Shown piece by piece: positions 1 to 12,800 of a DNA stretch of 64,000 nucleotides; position 1 is the stretch's first letter, and each line of letters opens with the position of its first letter. Where the stretch lies: the NCBI GenBank assembly GCA_964016885.1, contig OZ024742.1, positions 323,826,001-323,890,000 of the forward strand. The letters are read 5' to 3'. Position numbers and translations under genes: made by a program. Source of the stretch: Eledone cirrhosa (taxonomy: Eukaryota). The notes beneath the pieces are model-generated. The model was given only the letters and a program-made list of their open reading frames with translations, made no database searches and was not told where the DNA came from.

Positions 1-1492
1 CAGACAAAATGGGGAAGGTAAACACAAAATGAAATTAATTAAAGAACACGAAGTAGCATATCACACTAGCTATCACAGTAATCAGTAATAGATAGTACAT
101 TGTCTCAGAGTGTTGAGTTTTAGTCAGATGAAAATACAAGTAGGTAGTAATATTGATTGAGAAATATGTAAATATTATAAAAGTGCTGACTAGTAATAAG
201 AAACTCTCAGGAGAGCTGGACAGCAGAAGGTTTTACAGAGAAGAAACCCCCCATCCACCTCTCAAGTGAGTGTTTTGGACCTAAAAACTGTTACTGAAAA
301 TACAGAATCACAATATTCTAAGATGTGCCTATGTAAACTGACAGAGAAACTACAGCAAACTACACAGATATTGTTATTAACTTTTAACACCCTCTACCTC
401 ATAAAAGTACACTAAGATATTTTTGGAAAGTTCAAAACAGCACTGACTGCATTACATTAAAAAATAAAATCTTTACTCTAATACAGTAAATGTTCACAAC
501 AATCTGTCCACTAGTAATATTAATTAGATGAATTTTAGAAAATTGTTTTTAAATATTATTTTCTGCTAAATCAATACAGAATGTTAAGATTTAAAGATAA
601 AATTTAGAAAGAATATCTCTTTATCAACAAATCAATCAGATCTGGTCAGAATATTGTTCAGGAGAACATTGGAAAACTATCGAAATACAAAGATTTAAAG
701 GCAGATATAAAACATGTGAGAAATGAATGGAAACATTGTTCTCATTGTAATTGGAATGTTAGTAGTTGTTAGAACAAACAGGAAAATACACACTTAGCAT
801 TCTAGGCAGCATACATCTATAATGAACACCAAAATTTAGCATTTCTACACACAGAACAAACTACATCTAGAAACTTCTCTTTTAACTACATGAAATACAC
901 ACACACACACATTACTGACTAAAATATGCTGGCATGTTCATACCCTGAAAAGCTTTTGATTACAGCACTGCTTAATTCATGCTGACCTAGGCTGGATACA
1001 GATAGGCCACATAGAATTTATTTTGGAAGAACAGACAAAAATTACTGTATATATTCATATATAAACTGAGAAATATGTGACAAAAAACAAACAATGGTAA
1101 TATGAGAGGGGGGAGGGGAGGGGGGTCAACTTAGATTCTAGGTCAATATTTTGCCAATTTTCACCAACTTCAAAATTTTACGTAAATGAGGTAGTAAAAT
1201 ATTTTCACTTCATATTATGCTGGTTTCACTGTCAACATGAAGTTCTTATTTCCTATTGTTTTTATGTTTTGAATGAATATGGCCTTCAAAACGGTCAGAA
1301 ATTGGTTAAGAATCCATACATAATGGAGTTCTGAAACAAATACTATATTCTAAACATCAAAATATTACTCATGTAAATTTCAAAACCCGCACCATTTAAA
1401 CATATGTTGATTATCTGCCTCGGTTTATAAATCTACTCAACTCCAGTAGTTGACTGATAGTTCATAAGCATTTTGAACAGCAATCATTATTA

Positions 1493-1805
1493 ATCCCGCC
1501 GAGGTAACTTTGCCTTTTATCCTTACGGGGTCGATAAAATAAAGTACCAGTAATACACTTGGATAATTGCTGGCCTTGTGCCAAAAGTAGAAACAATTAT
1601 TAAATATAAAATAGGGTGGTGGATTGGCAGTATCGGTAGAGAGTTGGACGCCATGCTTTCTAGCATAGTTACGTCCCTTTACGGTCTGAGTTCAAATCCC
1701 GTCGAGGTTAACTTTGCCTTTCATCCTTACAGGGTCGATAAAATAAAGTACCAGTAATGTACTGGATTATTGCTGGTCTTGTGCCAAAAGTAGAAACTAT
1801 TATTA
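1493..1805 (+). mobile_element. tRNA-derived SINE (about 190 bp) in partial+full tandem; same family at 4441-4770(+), 5853-6035(-), 18189-18372(-), 21165-21358(+), 28733-28916(-), 31709-31902(+), 43715-43900(-), 49098-49168(+), 53230-53550(+), 59850-60140(+), 60790-60978(+)
   Basis: A-box-like TGGCAGTATCGGTAG, B-box GAGTTCAAATCC, conserved core CTTTGCCTTTCATCCTTACGGGGTCGATAAAATAAAGTACCAG, (ATT) tail. The 18189 copy has an ~18-bp TSD catttttatatcaataat. Confidence 0.9.
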
Positions 1806-2150
1806 AATATAAAATAGCATTTATTTACTATGAAATAAAATATTCATTGATGAGCTTTATGGTTGAAATTTTTTAGTTTACTTATATCCTGTATTCTAAT
1901 AGGAAAGTCTCTCACACAGTCTTTCTCACTTATTAATGTTAGTCTATTTAGTCTATGCTAATATATGTTCTACCTACAAAAGTATTTCAACTCAATACTA
2001 CAAACTAAAGAAAAACAAAAAGAGAGCTGAGAACAGTGAAATACCATGCTAGTTACAGCAAAGTATCCAAAATGTGGTTCTCAATAATAAAACAAATAAA
2101 TCAATCAAATGAGAGACAGAGAAGTTTGAAGTTTAATTGACTAGACATAC

Positions 2151-2258
2151 CTGCACAGTGTTAGCGGTGGACCAATACTGACCAGAAGTGAGGCATCGTA
2201 GAAATAACCGGTGGGAAGTGGGAGCTACAGGAGACTGAAGGAGTCTTGCTATCCACAT
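2151..2258 (-). CDS. HARS: Putative alternative first coding exon of HARS encoding a mitochondrial targeting presequence
   Basis: Minus strand aatcATG...CAG|GTATG, 108 nt, phase 0: MWIARLLQSPVAPTSHRLFLRCLTSGQYWSTANTVQ (3 Arg, Leu/Ser/Thr-rich, no Asp/Glu). Same strand and same intron phase as the WHEP exon at 9790-9698 and downstream of it. Assignment to HARS is inferred. Confidence 0.65.
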
Positions 2259-2919
2259 GATTGATGGAGTCACCAAATACAGCCAGATACTTAGCAAGGT
2301 TATGCTTGCACGTGCAGTTGTTCACTGGTATCGAGAGCAGAGTTAGAACTTCTGTAGACCACAAATAAACATATTTTCAGTACACCAGTGACAAGTGTCT
2401 TAGCATCAGTTTCAAACCATTCTACAACATTTAGGCTGCCTTTTCCAAACACTTCACTGATATTTACAAGACTGACGGGCTATGAGTGTAAGCTAGGCTT
2501 GAATTCATAAATGAAATTGTTGAAAATTGTGGTTTCATTCATGGTTTGAATAAAGTGAATTTACAGAAAAACATTAATAACATTAATAATAATTATTATA
2601 GAAATGATTTCTTTTGAAGGTCAATTATTGTAGTGAAGGGATATAGTCAGTCGAATCAACAGCAGTATACTACTGGTACTTAGTATATTAGACCCTGAAA
2701 CAATTTGAACATGAAACCAAAAGAGGCAATATTCTAATGCATTTAGTACAGTGTTCAACTAGTTAACCATCCCTGCTTTCCAGGAGTTTTTTTGCTTGTA
2801 TAGAGCAACTGGGGTATTGAAGCTTCGAATGAAGGTGTTGGAAAGAGTGTTAGAGAAGAGAACAAGAGAAAAAAAATTAAAATTGATGAAATGCAGTTTT
2901 GAATTATACCAGAAAGAGG

Positions 2920-3540
2920 AATAACAGATGCAATTTTTCTTGTGAGGTAGTTACAGTAGAAATATAGGGACAAGAGGAAAGAGGTGTTTGTTTAAGGTTG
3001 TTAATCTGGAGAAAGCTTTCTACAAGGTTCCATGTGTATTGAGAGAATTTGGGGTGGAAGAATGGTTGATTAGAATAGCGACGACAATGTATGAGAGAAT
3101 TAGGAATGAAGGAATGTTTGATTAGAATAGTGATGACAATATATGACAGAGCATGCAAGGATGAAGGACAAGAACAGGGACGAGTTTGAAATGAAGGTTG
3201 GAATGCATCAGAGGTTGGTATTAAGCCCACTACTATTTGTAGTTGTGATGGCAGTACTGATATGAAGAAGGGTTTACCATGGGAGTTACTGCAAACATGT
3301 TCTGGTGTTAATAGCAGAGAGTATGGATGGATTGAGGATGAATATGGAGAGATGAAAGGAATGTACAGAGGCAAAAGGTATGAAGGCAAATATGAGAAAG
3401 TCAAAGGTGATAGCAAGTGGGAGGTGAAAAGAACAGGGGATGTGTGCAGGAAGGTTATTGGAATGAACTCCATTAAATGTGATATGACCTGGGTGAGTAC
3501 ATTGAAAATATAGTGGTGTGAAAAGATTATTAAATAATGT
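2920..3540 (+). mobile_element. Highly decayed RTE-type LINE RT fragment (others at about 10400-10620, 11500-12400, 21730-21940, 32275-32485, 58220-58590)
   Basis: Remnant motifs NLEKAF, GLPWELL, CRKVIGMNSIKC, similar to the intact RTE ORF at 40754-42684. Confidence 0.6.
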
Positions 3541-6500
3541 GGCAGCTACATTTCAGTGTAAAGTGTGTGTGGAGGGAGCTGTAGATAGAGATTGAGCTAG
3601 ATCTTGGAAATGGCATGAAGATGGAAGGTATGAAAATGTTTTTTTCATCATTTAAAACAGGGAAAACAGATGTTAAATGATGATGATGATGATGATGATA
3701 TTTGTTGATTGAAGAAGGTGGATCAAACTCAGTAACCATAGTTAGAGTTAGATGTGCATGGAAGAAATTCTAGAAATTGAGTAGTGTGCTGAGGAGGGGA
3801 ATGTCACTGAAACAGAATAGAAGGGTGTATGCTGTATGTGTGAGAAGTGCATTGGCTTACAGAAGCAATATATAGGTGATGAATATGAAACAGCAGAGAA
3901 AGCTAAAAAGAACAAAAATGAGAATGACTCAGTGGATAAGTGGAATATTGCTGAGCTATAGGAAGACAAACAATGAGTTGCAGGGGGAATAGAACTAGTG
4001 ATGAATGTTGTGAACAGAAATGGAATGAGGTGTCTAAATCATATGTTGAAGAAGGATGGAAGTGACTAGGTGAGATGAGTGATGGAAATGAATGTGGGAA
4101 GAAGTAGAAGAAAAGAAAGACCAAAAGAAGAAATAACATCCATGGGACTGATGAAGGGGCAATGCAGAGGATAGGGCAAAGTGGTCGTGGAGGTGCCACG
4201 GCAAAAAAGCACCCAGCCCACACTGTAAAGTGGACATGTAGGTGCCACGGAAAAAAGCACCCAGCACTCACTGTAAATGAGGTTGGTGTTAGGAAGGGCA
4301 TCCAGCTGTAGAAATCAAGCCAGAATCAGTTCCTGTATGAGCAAGGCATGGTCAGCCGACCAGACACTGCCCGCAACAGGACAACCCCTCTAACCCATGC
4401 TAGCGTGGAAGAACGGAATAAAACGGTGATGATGATGATGATTGGCAGTATCAGTAGAGAGTCAGACACCATGCTTTGCAGTATAGAGTTACGTCCCTTT
4501 ACGTTCTGAGTTCAAATCCCGCCGAGGTTAGCTTTGCCTTTCATCCTTACGGGGTCAATAAAATAAAGTACCAGTAATACACTGGGATAATTGCTGGCCT
4601 TGTGCCAAAAATAGAAATAATTATTATTAGGGTGGTGGATTGGCACTATCGGTAGAGCATTGGGCACTATGCTTTGTGGCATAAAGTTACAAGCCTTTAC
4701 GTTCTAAGTTCAAATCCCGCCGAGGTTAGCTTTGCCTTTCATCCTTACGGAGTCAATAAAATAAAGTACCATGACAACTACGAGATTACTTTATTAACCA
4801 CTTATCATTTAAACCAGCCACATCCGGCCAGAATTCTCTCACCGCTTTGTGCTCAAACTGCCTGAAAATGGCTGTTCATACTGACGTTAAGGTATTGTAC
4901 TCAAAATAAATAACATCAACATCTCATAGATTCGATATTATGTGAGATAATTATGGAAGATAAAGCCTTTACCACAAAAATACAATAGTAAATATAAAGT
5001 AATGTAAATGCTAAAGAGTTAAATAGTTAAGCTTTTTCAATAATTTTAAAGAACCCATGCAAGCATGGAAAAGCAGGAAAAAAAATGTGATGACATCTAA
5101 ACAATGAATTAGAATAATAGTACATATCTAGTAGTATCTAGTAGTACAATAAATCTTAACAAAGTCTTGATAGGGCTTAAAAAATCCTGGAAATGATTAC
5201 ATCACTTTGACCATAATAGGGATTAACATTAAGAAATACCCTTATTAAAACAATTCATGCAAATGTGAAAATTTGTTAAATTCATCCTATACAATCATTG
5301 TTTTATTCTTTTACTAGTTTCAGTCATTAGACTGTGGCCATACTGGAGCACTGACTTGATTTATGATAGTTGATATGAATCCAGTACCTTTGTTTTTCAA
5401 GTCTGATACCGATGTTATTGATCTCAAGTTTGTTGAACCGCTGACATAAATATAGACACGTACACACACACACACACATATATATGATGAGCTACCAAAT
5501 TCTACTCACAAGATATGGGTCAACCCAAGGCTACAGTAGAAGACATTTTCACAAGGTACCACACAATGGGACTGAACCCAGAACTAAGGTTACAAAGCAA
5601 ACTGCTTAGCCACACAGCTATGCCTGCACCTAAATGAAAGGGTTACAAATAAAATAACAATAATGATGATAATTTCTTTTAAGTACAAAGTACTTCTGGC
5701 AAAGAAAAGGGATATATTTAAAAGAACTGACTCCTGTAATCAAACTTCACAAGGATAAAAGACAAGGTTGACACTGTAGGAACTCAAAACCATAGATGTG
5801 TTAAAAAAGTATATCTGCAATAAAGCTTTCTCTATACCCTAACATTATATGATAATTGTTTCTACTTTTGGCACAAGGCCAGCAATTATCCAGTGGATTA
5901 CTGGTACTTTATTTTATCGACCCCGTAAGGATAAAAGGCAAAGTTAACCTCAGCGGGATTTGAACTCAGAATGGCAAGGACTGTAACTCTATACAACAAA
6001 GCATGGCGTCCGACTCTCTACCGGTACTGCCAATATAATAATGATCTATATAGTCTGCCATTTGCACAGAGAGATAAGCTTTTAGTTGTTGTCATAGGGT
6101 GGACCTGGTATATTCACAGTAACAATAAATAAATCAATACCTTTTCAACTTATCCCTTATGAATAAACATAAAAAAAATGAGATGGCAGGCTTAAAATAC
6201 CCATCTATTTTTAACCTATGTGGTAGCTACACTCATCATTGCAACTTCTTTCTGTAATATGCCTGCACTGACATAGAATCCCCTTCATTTAAAAAATATA
6301 TATATTTTTTCAGAGAGTCAAATATAAAAAGACTGGGCAGTGTGTACTACAAAGAAACATAATATTATTGTCATCCCTTGTATTCATGAACAGTCAGTGA
6401 TTGATGGGTTTTAGTCAGTCTTGTTTGAAAGGGTAAGAGTCATTGAAAACCAAATATTTGCTATGACATTTAAACAAAATTAGTCCACCACCTCAAGACA

Positions 6501-6653
6501 ATATTCATCATAGAAAATTAAAAACTCTGCACTAATGTAATATTTATATTAGTACTGGATCATTACAGTACATAAAATCTTGACCATTTTATTTATTTAT
6601 TTTTTTTACTATTTAGTTATGGATGATAAGGCAGGGCTCATGTTCTTTTACAG

Positions 6654-6794
6654 GTCCTATGAAACTGGTGGGAAGAAGATATCCTCATTCTGGAGACATA
6701 ATCCAAATGTTTGTAATAGAATAGATTCTGCTAAAAGCCTCCAATGGCTGGGTGGTGGTGTCAAACTCAGTGATGGATTAACTTTACCACACAA
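6654..6794 (+). CDS. Candidate internal coding exon of an unidentified plus-strand gene, antisense within the HARS intron
   Basis: tgttcttttacAG| 141 nt |GTAAGC; one open frame, phase 2-2: SYETGGKKISSFWRHNPNVCNRIDSAKSLQWLGGGVKLSDGLTLPH; less AT-rich than flanks. Protein not recognised. Confidence 0.45.
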
Positions 6795-7607
6795 GTAAGC
6801 CACCTTAAAATTTAAACTGACGACACAAAGAGTTGGAGTACCACAAAAACCTTGTTTAATGTACAAACAATTAGTCTGTCAATCCATTGCTCTGAAAGCA
6901 TGAAAGGCAAAGTTGACAATGACAGGATTTGAACTAAGAGTGTAGAGAGCCAGAACAAATTCCACATCTGCCTGAAGCTCTAACAGCTTTGCTAATACAC
7001 TGGAGAAAGTAGGATAAACTATTATGTCCATGCTTCTCCCAAAGTTATTTTATCGTTACTCAAGTGGAATGGCTTAAATACCAATTCTTGTTTGATTAAA
7101 CATGAAGTTGCATCCAGAGGAACTTGATATAACATAATATAACAATGCATTTATTCTAATAAGCCTACTGTCTTAAATATCTCATCATAATCATTTTATA
7201 TCCACTTTTCCATATTTGTATGGGTTGAACAGGTCTTTTCTAACGCAGCATTCCTCCACTCATTGCAACCCTTCATCACCTCTTCTGTGAGATTCAGTGA
7301 ATTGAAATCAGTTCTCAACCTTTGCCTAGTTTTTTCTTGGTCTCCCGCTACTGCAGAGGATCCTCTCCAGTGCTGGTGGCACAAAGAATACATTTAGTTC
7401 ATACTGTAAAGGGCATCAAACCAGAAAAGCCCTGCCAAAAACTATGAAAATAAGATACCTTCACTTTCTATTTATGATAAGTACTGTAGATTAATGGGTA
7501 GCCTATTGTGCAGGTTTTAAGAGATTTCCCTTCCCTACTACAGCTAATGTCTCACTTCCCATATCTCTGTCTTTTAAAATATAAGGCGAATATAGATACT
7601 CATACCA

Positions 7608-7955
7608 TGGAGGCACATGGCTTAGTGGTTAGAGCATTGGCCTTGCAATCGAAAGGTTGTGAGTTCAATTCTCAGACCGGGTGATGTGTTGTTTCCTTGA
7701 GCAAGACACTTTATTTCACATTGCTCCAGTTTACTCAGCTGTAGAAATGAGATGATAGGGACTGGGGTCCATATCATTCCACTGCAAAGTGGTCGTGGAG
7801 GTGCCACGGAAAAAAAGCAGCCAGCACTCACTGTAAATGAGGTTGGTGTTAAGAAGGGCATCCAGCTGTAGAAATCAAGCCAGCATCAGTTCCCGTCCCA
7901 CCCTTGTAAGCAGGGAAAAAGCGGACGTAAAATGAAATGATGATGAAAATGATGA
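7608..7955 (+). mobile_element. tRNA-derived SINE with RTE-type 3' tail
   Basis: TGGCTTAGTGGTTAGAGC A-box, GAGTTCAATTC B-box, CCTTGAGCAAGACACTT core, 3' end shared with the RTE UTR (GAAGGGCATCCAGC...(GAT)n). A related tail is at 4180-4440 and another SINE family at about 5490-5630(-). Confidence 0.75.
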
Positions 7956-8986
7956 CACCAACAGCATTCTGAACAATCAACTGAGAGGACAGCAGTGCCT
8001 TCATCACTATCCAACATCTTTTTTCCATGCTTGCATGGATTAGATGGGTTCCATGTTCAGAGGCTAGACTAGCCAAATGACCATGTCTTGTTTATACATC
8101 CCATTTTTGGCTTAGCTGGATGCTCTTCCTAACATCAACCACTTTACAGCAAGGTTTCTATGGCTGGATGCCCTTCCTAACAACAACCACTTTTCTGCAC
8201 GTACTGGGAACATTTTTTTCTAAACTATTATTTATAGCAATCACCGTTATTACCTGCGTTCGAGTTTATATATATAAATATATTGATGCTACCTTACAGA
8301 TTCTGCTAATTCACTCTTGTATTTGAAATAATTTTAAAACGTAAAAATGGAATGTCGACAAACATATTTTATATAAGTTTAATAAGTTCATAGTCTCTCA
8401 GTATTTCTCCTTTTTTTTTTTTTTTTTATAAAAATCAAAACTAAATAATTTTGTACATTCACACGCAAATATATATTCATAAATAAATCACCATCATCAT
8501 TTAACCTCTGAACGGATCGCCAAAGACCAAGTCAGTGTACTTTAATTGGAATTACTGTCCTCTCACTGGACCGGGAGCTACGTTTCGTTTATATACGTGT
8601 ATTCACAAATAAATAGAGCTCATTTGAAAAACAGATGTCTAAGTGTAAAAGAGAAAATGTGTGCATCTGTCGATCTAAGGTATTTTGAATTTGATTAAGC
8701 ACAAGCTCTTTTGTTACTGTTGTTTATGTCCAGATCAGTTCTGATCGGACAAACCTATGATAAAAGGCAACCCAGTCATGACATACCTGTCTTTTTTCAG
8801 GCATAGTTTCTCTCAGACCACATTATGTGTTCTTTTTTAAGACGGTAACAGGGGATTTGGCTGCTGTTTCTAGCATGTTATATGTATGTGCACACACACA
8901 TATATATATATACATACATGTGTGTGTGTGTGTATTCATATAATCAATACAATATAACCCCCATGACAGAAACAATGTGGAGAGTG

Positions 8987-9160
8987 CAGTGCCGGATTTT
9001 GGACAAATGGGGCCCTGTGTTAATTAAGTTATGAGGCCCCTTACTTGGGCCCTGAAGGTGGTAGGCCCGGTAAAAACAAAAATATTGGCAGGAAGATGCC
9101 CCTTGGCCAACGGGACCCTGTGCTTAAGCATACCTAAGTACAATGGTAAATCCGGCACAG
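8987..9160. mobile_element. hAT-like MITE
   Basis: TIRs CAGTGCCGGATTT / AAATCCGGCACAG; 8-bp TSD ggagagtg/gaagagtg (1 mismatch). Confidence 0.75.
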
Positions 9161-9697
9161 GAAGAGTGTAGTAGGGAGAAAAACTAGCAGCGTGCTGAGT
9201 TCGTTTGTCGGCAAATACATTACGTTGCTAAATTTGAAAAGGGCATGAACTTTACTCATTTTCAAGCAACAATCCTCCCTATAAATCTACCATCTTCTAT
9301 AATAGTGATAAGCCGGTAAAGATAGTGGCATAATACTAACACAAGACTGCACACTATACTACATCTCTGTGCTCAGCTGTTCGGGGTTACAAATACTGGT
9401 GGTGTCGATTGAGTCATAAGTACCGGTAACAACATAGGAACCACTCAGATCTTTCCCCGACAAAAATTAGCCCTATGTTACAAGAAATCAATATATGTAG
9501 TATTGATAAATAATATGATATTAATGATAATTTAATTACTTGTCACCTTATATAAGCAAGACTATTTTTTTACAGAGAAATGTATGGGCTACGAATCCGA
9601 TAAAAGTATGCCATATGATTTGCAAAATGCAGTCATTATAATCAATGTAACTAGCTCAAATTTGAAGTAGTCATACGAAAGATATATCAAACCTTAC

Positions 9698-9790
9698 TTT
9701 TTCTTTTTCAGCTTTCTTAGCTTTTAATTCGCGCACAATTTCCCCTTGGTCTTTGACTGCCTGTTTAATTGCTGCTTTTTGATCGGCCAT
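9698..9790 (-). CDS. HARS: HARS exon 1 (cytosolic isoform), first helix of the N-terminal WHEP domain
   Basis: caccATG with in-frame upstream TAA; MADQKAAIKQAVKDQGEIVRELKAKKAEKEK|GTAAG. Matches the WHEP QG-x-x-VR-x-LK motif and the metazoan HisRS N-terminus (from memory, Drosophila ...QGDLVRQLKAAKESKEK; human exon 1 is about 30 codons with a phase-0 intron). The rest of the gene lies left of the window. Confidence 0.85.
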
Positions 9791-9850
9791 GGTGATGATT
9801 TGTTAGCAGCTGAAAGGTCACTTCCGTTAACGGCGCAGTTAATGGTAAAA

Positions 9851-9859
9851 TGATGCAAT
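9851..9859. promoter_or_regulatory. C/EBP-ATF composite (CARE/AARE) motif TGATGCAAT upstream of HARS exon 1; also at 17879-17887, 18526-18534, 28423-28431, 29070-29078
   Basis: Exact ATTGCATCA on the minus strand 61-72 nt upstream of each exon-1-type ATG while flanks diverge. An ETS-like CGGAAGTG also lies at 9819-9826. Confidence 0.55.
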
Positions 9860-12800
9860 GCTACGGTACTATAACAACTATGGACTTGGCTGGACCGGTA
9901 AAAACACCGTTTTACATGTATTAGGGTCAGTACCAAAAATGACTTTCTTTCTTTTAATACTGTAAAGGAATACTAGTAACTGTATGGAATCAAGTCTAGA
10001 ATATTTGTGACGATTGCGCATTAAAACAAGTGGCAGTGACATAACTAACGTGAAGTTACTTATGTCACTTTATTTACTTATGTCACTTTATTTACTTTAT
10101 TTACTTTAGACATGAAATGTTTTACTTTAGAAATGAAATGTTTTATCTATGAAACCTATAAATATCCTTTAAAATATTCAGAAATTAGAATCAGATAACA
10201 AAATGGAATTGGAAATTTGGTCTTTTTTTTCTTTCATTCAATGCCGTCTTAAGGATTTTATTGTTGACTTAGGATTGTTTATTGCTTCTTTATCTTGTTT
10301 AACCCCAGGTCAATCATCTGACCTACCTCCATCGATTTTTATATCAAAATAAAGCAAAAGAAATCATCTTCATGACTATCATTTTCAACACAAATCAAGG
10401 TATACTGAACTAGAACTAACGTTACCTTCAAAAACGAAAATGGGACAAACGTAAATCAGTGGAAATACGAAGGTGATTAAGGAGATCTGGCATGATATGT
10501 AAGGTATCACAGAATCAAAAGGCCTAAGAGTAAACTTAGCCAAAACAGGGAAGTGGCCCTGCTCAGTATGTAGAAAAGGAGTCGGCATAAACTCCATACG
10601 ATGTACACAACGTAAATAGAACTGTCAATTCTCCTCGTCCGACGGGGTCTCCCACCCACTTTGGGGTGGGTGAGAGATGTCTTCTCTTGTGAAAATGAGT
10701 ATAGCTTTCATTATGTAAAATCTCCCTATTTCGCCTCATTTCTCCCCGTTTTCGGACACCTATTTTCGTGGTTGAGTGGTTGGCATCTAAACCGGCAACC
10801 CCACCAAGCTTGCTTTGTGAGGAGGGTGATTTTTTGGACACCTCACCGGATGAAGGACAAAACCCATCAAAGGACAGAAGTGATGAGAGTCAACGGCTAT
10901 CCAGTTTGATCTATATATGTGTATATTTTTATATATACATTTATTTTATTAATTATATATTATGTCTGTGTGTAAAACTAAGAATAATATATATAATAGA
11001 TGGATGGATATATGTGTGTGTGTGGAATTAAAATATCAGGTTGGTGTCTGGCACATAATATAGTTCAGCTCATGAGATGGAAAACTCTGAAGAGAAAGCC
11101 TAAGTCTGCTGTTAATCAGTCTTGTGGTATATTTGCATCAACTGTTGCTATCAACAGTGCCAAAAAGTGTGAATGGTCCCACACAAATCATTACCACTAT
11201 AAACAAGTGACTGTGGTATGTCTAAGGGATTTACTTACTCCACTTTTTATCAAGATCATCCTGAAAAGCACCCCTTTTTATATATATGCATGGCAACAGG
11301 GACAAGTAGATGATCCATCTGGTAGTTCTTAGTTGGTACCCTGCACAGATGGTGGCTCAGTAAGTAATTGTCATTTAGGATCAATTCTATGGGCAATTGA
11401 GCTGCTCGTGTCCTCTGTTGGATAACAAAGCACTGCTTTCTCTTAATTGAGAGGGGGTGAGAAAAGGAGCCCTAAAAAATTGCACAACCATAAAGACTTG
11501 TCATCTTAATTTGCTTGAAACTTAAAGCAAAGACAAAAAATCCCATTGAAATTTGGTTCTTGGAATGACCAAACCCTTCAGGATAGTGAAGACTCATTAG
11601 AAAAGAAAACAGTTCTTGTGTCAAAGGTCCTAAATAAGTACAATGTAAACATAGCAGCATTATGTGAAGCTCGACTTCCTGTTTATGGACAACTTGAGGT
11701 GAAAGGGGAAGCTTATATGTACATTCTTCTCGTTATGGAATAAAGAAGATGCAATATGCTCTTTAGGTGTTGGATGCATCCAAGGTCAAAAGAATGGCAT
11801 TTGATTAACTTGATTTTAACAAAAACGTGATATTTGTTATACCCATTCCTTCCATAGCTCATATTGGTTATCTGATCATTCTCTGTTGCAGTGTAAGATA
11901 TTGTTTTAATATCATGTAAAGCATAGAAGACAATGCAAAATTTATAAAATGAATAAATGTTTGGTCACTTGATGCTGAAAGAAAAGCTAGGTTGTCTTGA
12001 TTGCTTGACAAGCAATTTCAATAAGTTGAAATTTCAGAAAATATTGAAGAATCGTGGAGAAAATTTCAAGGAAGTAACATATTTTGCTTCATTTGAAGCT
12101 CTTGGTTTGCCATTTTAAAAGCATCAAGATTGGTTCGATGAAAATAATACAGATACAAGGATAAGCTGAAGAATAATATCAAGCATATTGGAAGCATCAG
12201 AATTTGAGGAATGTGTTGTTGACCAAAATAGGTGGAGGAAAACCTGTTAAAATGACATCAGGAGCCATGTCAACACAAGGATTGAGCTCCTATATGATCT
12301 AAGGCAAGGTTAAAGGAATGCAGTTTCTGTTCAACATTTTGTGTGTGAAGGATGCAGTCTGGTTTGCAAAAACAAAGCAGGTCAGTGTCTCACAGAAGAT
12401 ACAAACACTAAAATGTAGAGTGAAAAGGAAGTAATAATTTATTTTGGTCCTCATGCATCAAACACTATTAGAGAGTCCATCATGTATATATAGGGTGAGC
12501 ATAAAGTTTTTCCCTTTTTGTTTCCCAGATGTCATTTTGTTACTGAAAATTACAACTACTTTCTGCATGTACTGGGAACATTTTTAGAACTTGAAATTTA
12601 TAAATTAAAACAATGAAAAAGTAAAATCTCAAATAGTATCCGAGATATGGTATTTTATAATCAGGGAAAAACTTTATGCTCACCCACGACTTTATGTTGA
12701 CCCTGTATATATACAACATATTTCTACACAGTTTTTATCTACCAAATTTCACTCACAGGACAGTCATCAATGCAAGGCTATATGTAGAAGACTTTTGCAC

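Noticed and set aside
1-2150. HARS exon 2 (IxEEVxxLLxLK...LKTPK)
   Set aside because: Not found on the minus strand; the AG/GT-bounded segment near 944-986 has a stop in phase 0. Exon 2 is presumably left of the window, so splicing of the first exons is unverified.
2161-2364. 67-aa ORF in the track
   Set aside because: Non-ATG start and no recognisable motif; the overlapping frame 2258-2151 has an ATG, a donor and presequence composition.
2358-2487. Possible plus-strand exon ending at GTAAGC
   Set aside because: The open frame ends in phase 1, incompatible with the 6654 exon, and the peptide is uninformative; it could equally be UTR of the mitochondrial exon.
7612-7680. tRNA gene
   Set aside because: A/B boxes continue into a SINE body; no proper cloverleaf. 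The same applies to the other SINE heads and the 16330-16361 fragment.
9724-9936. 70-aa ORF over HARS exon 1
   Set aside because: Wrong frame; shadow of the WHEP exon.
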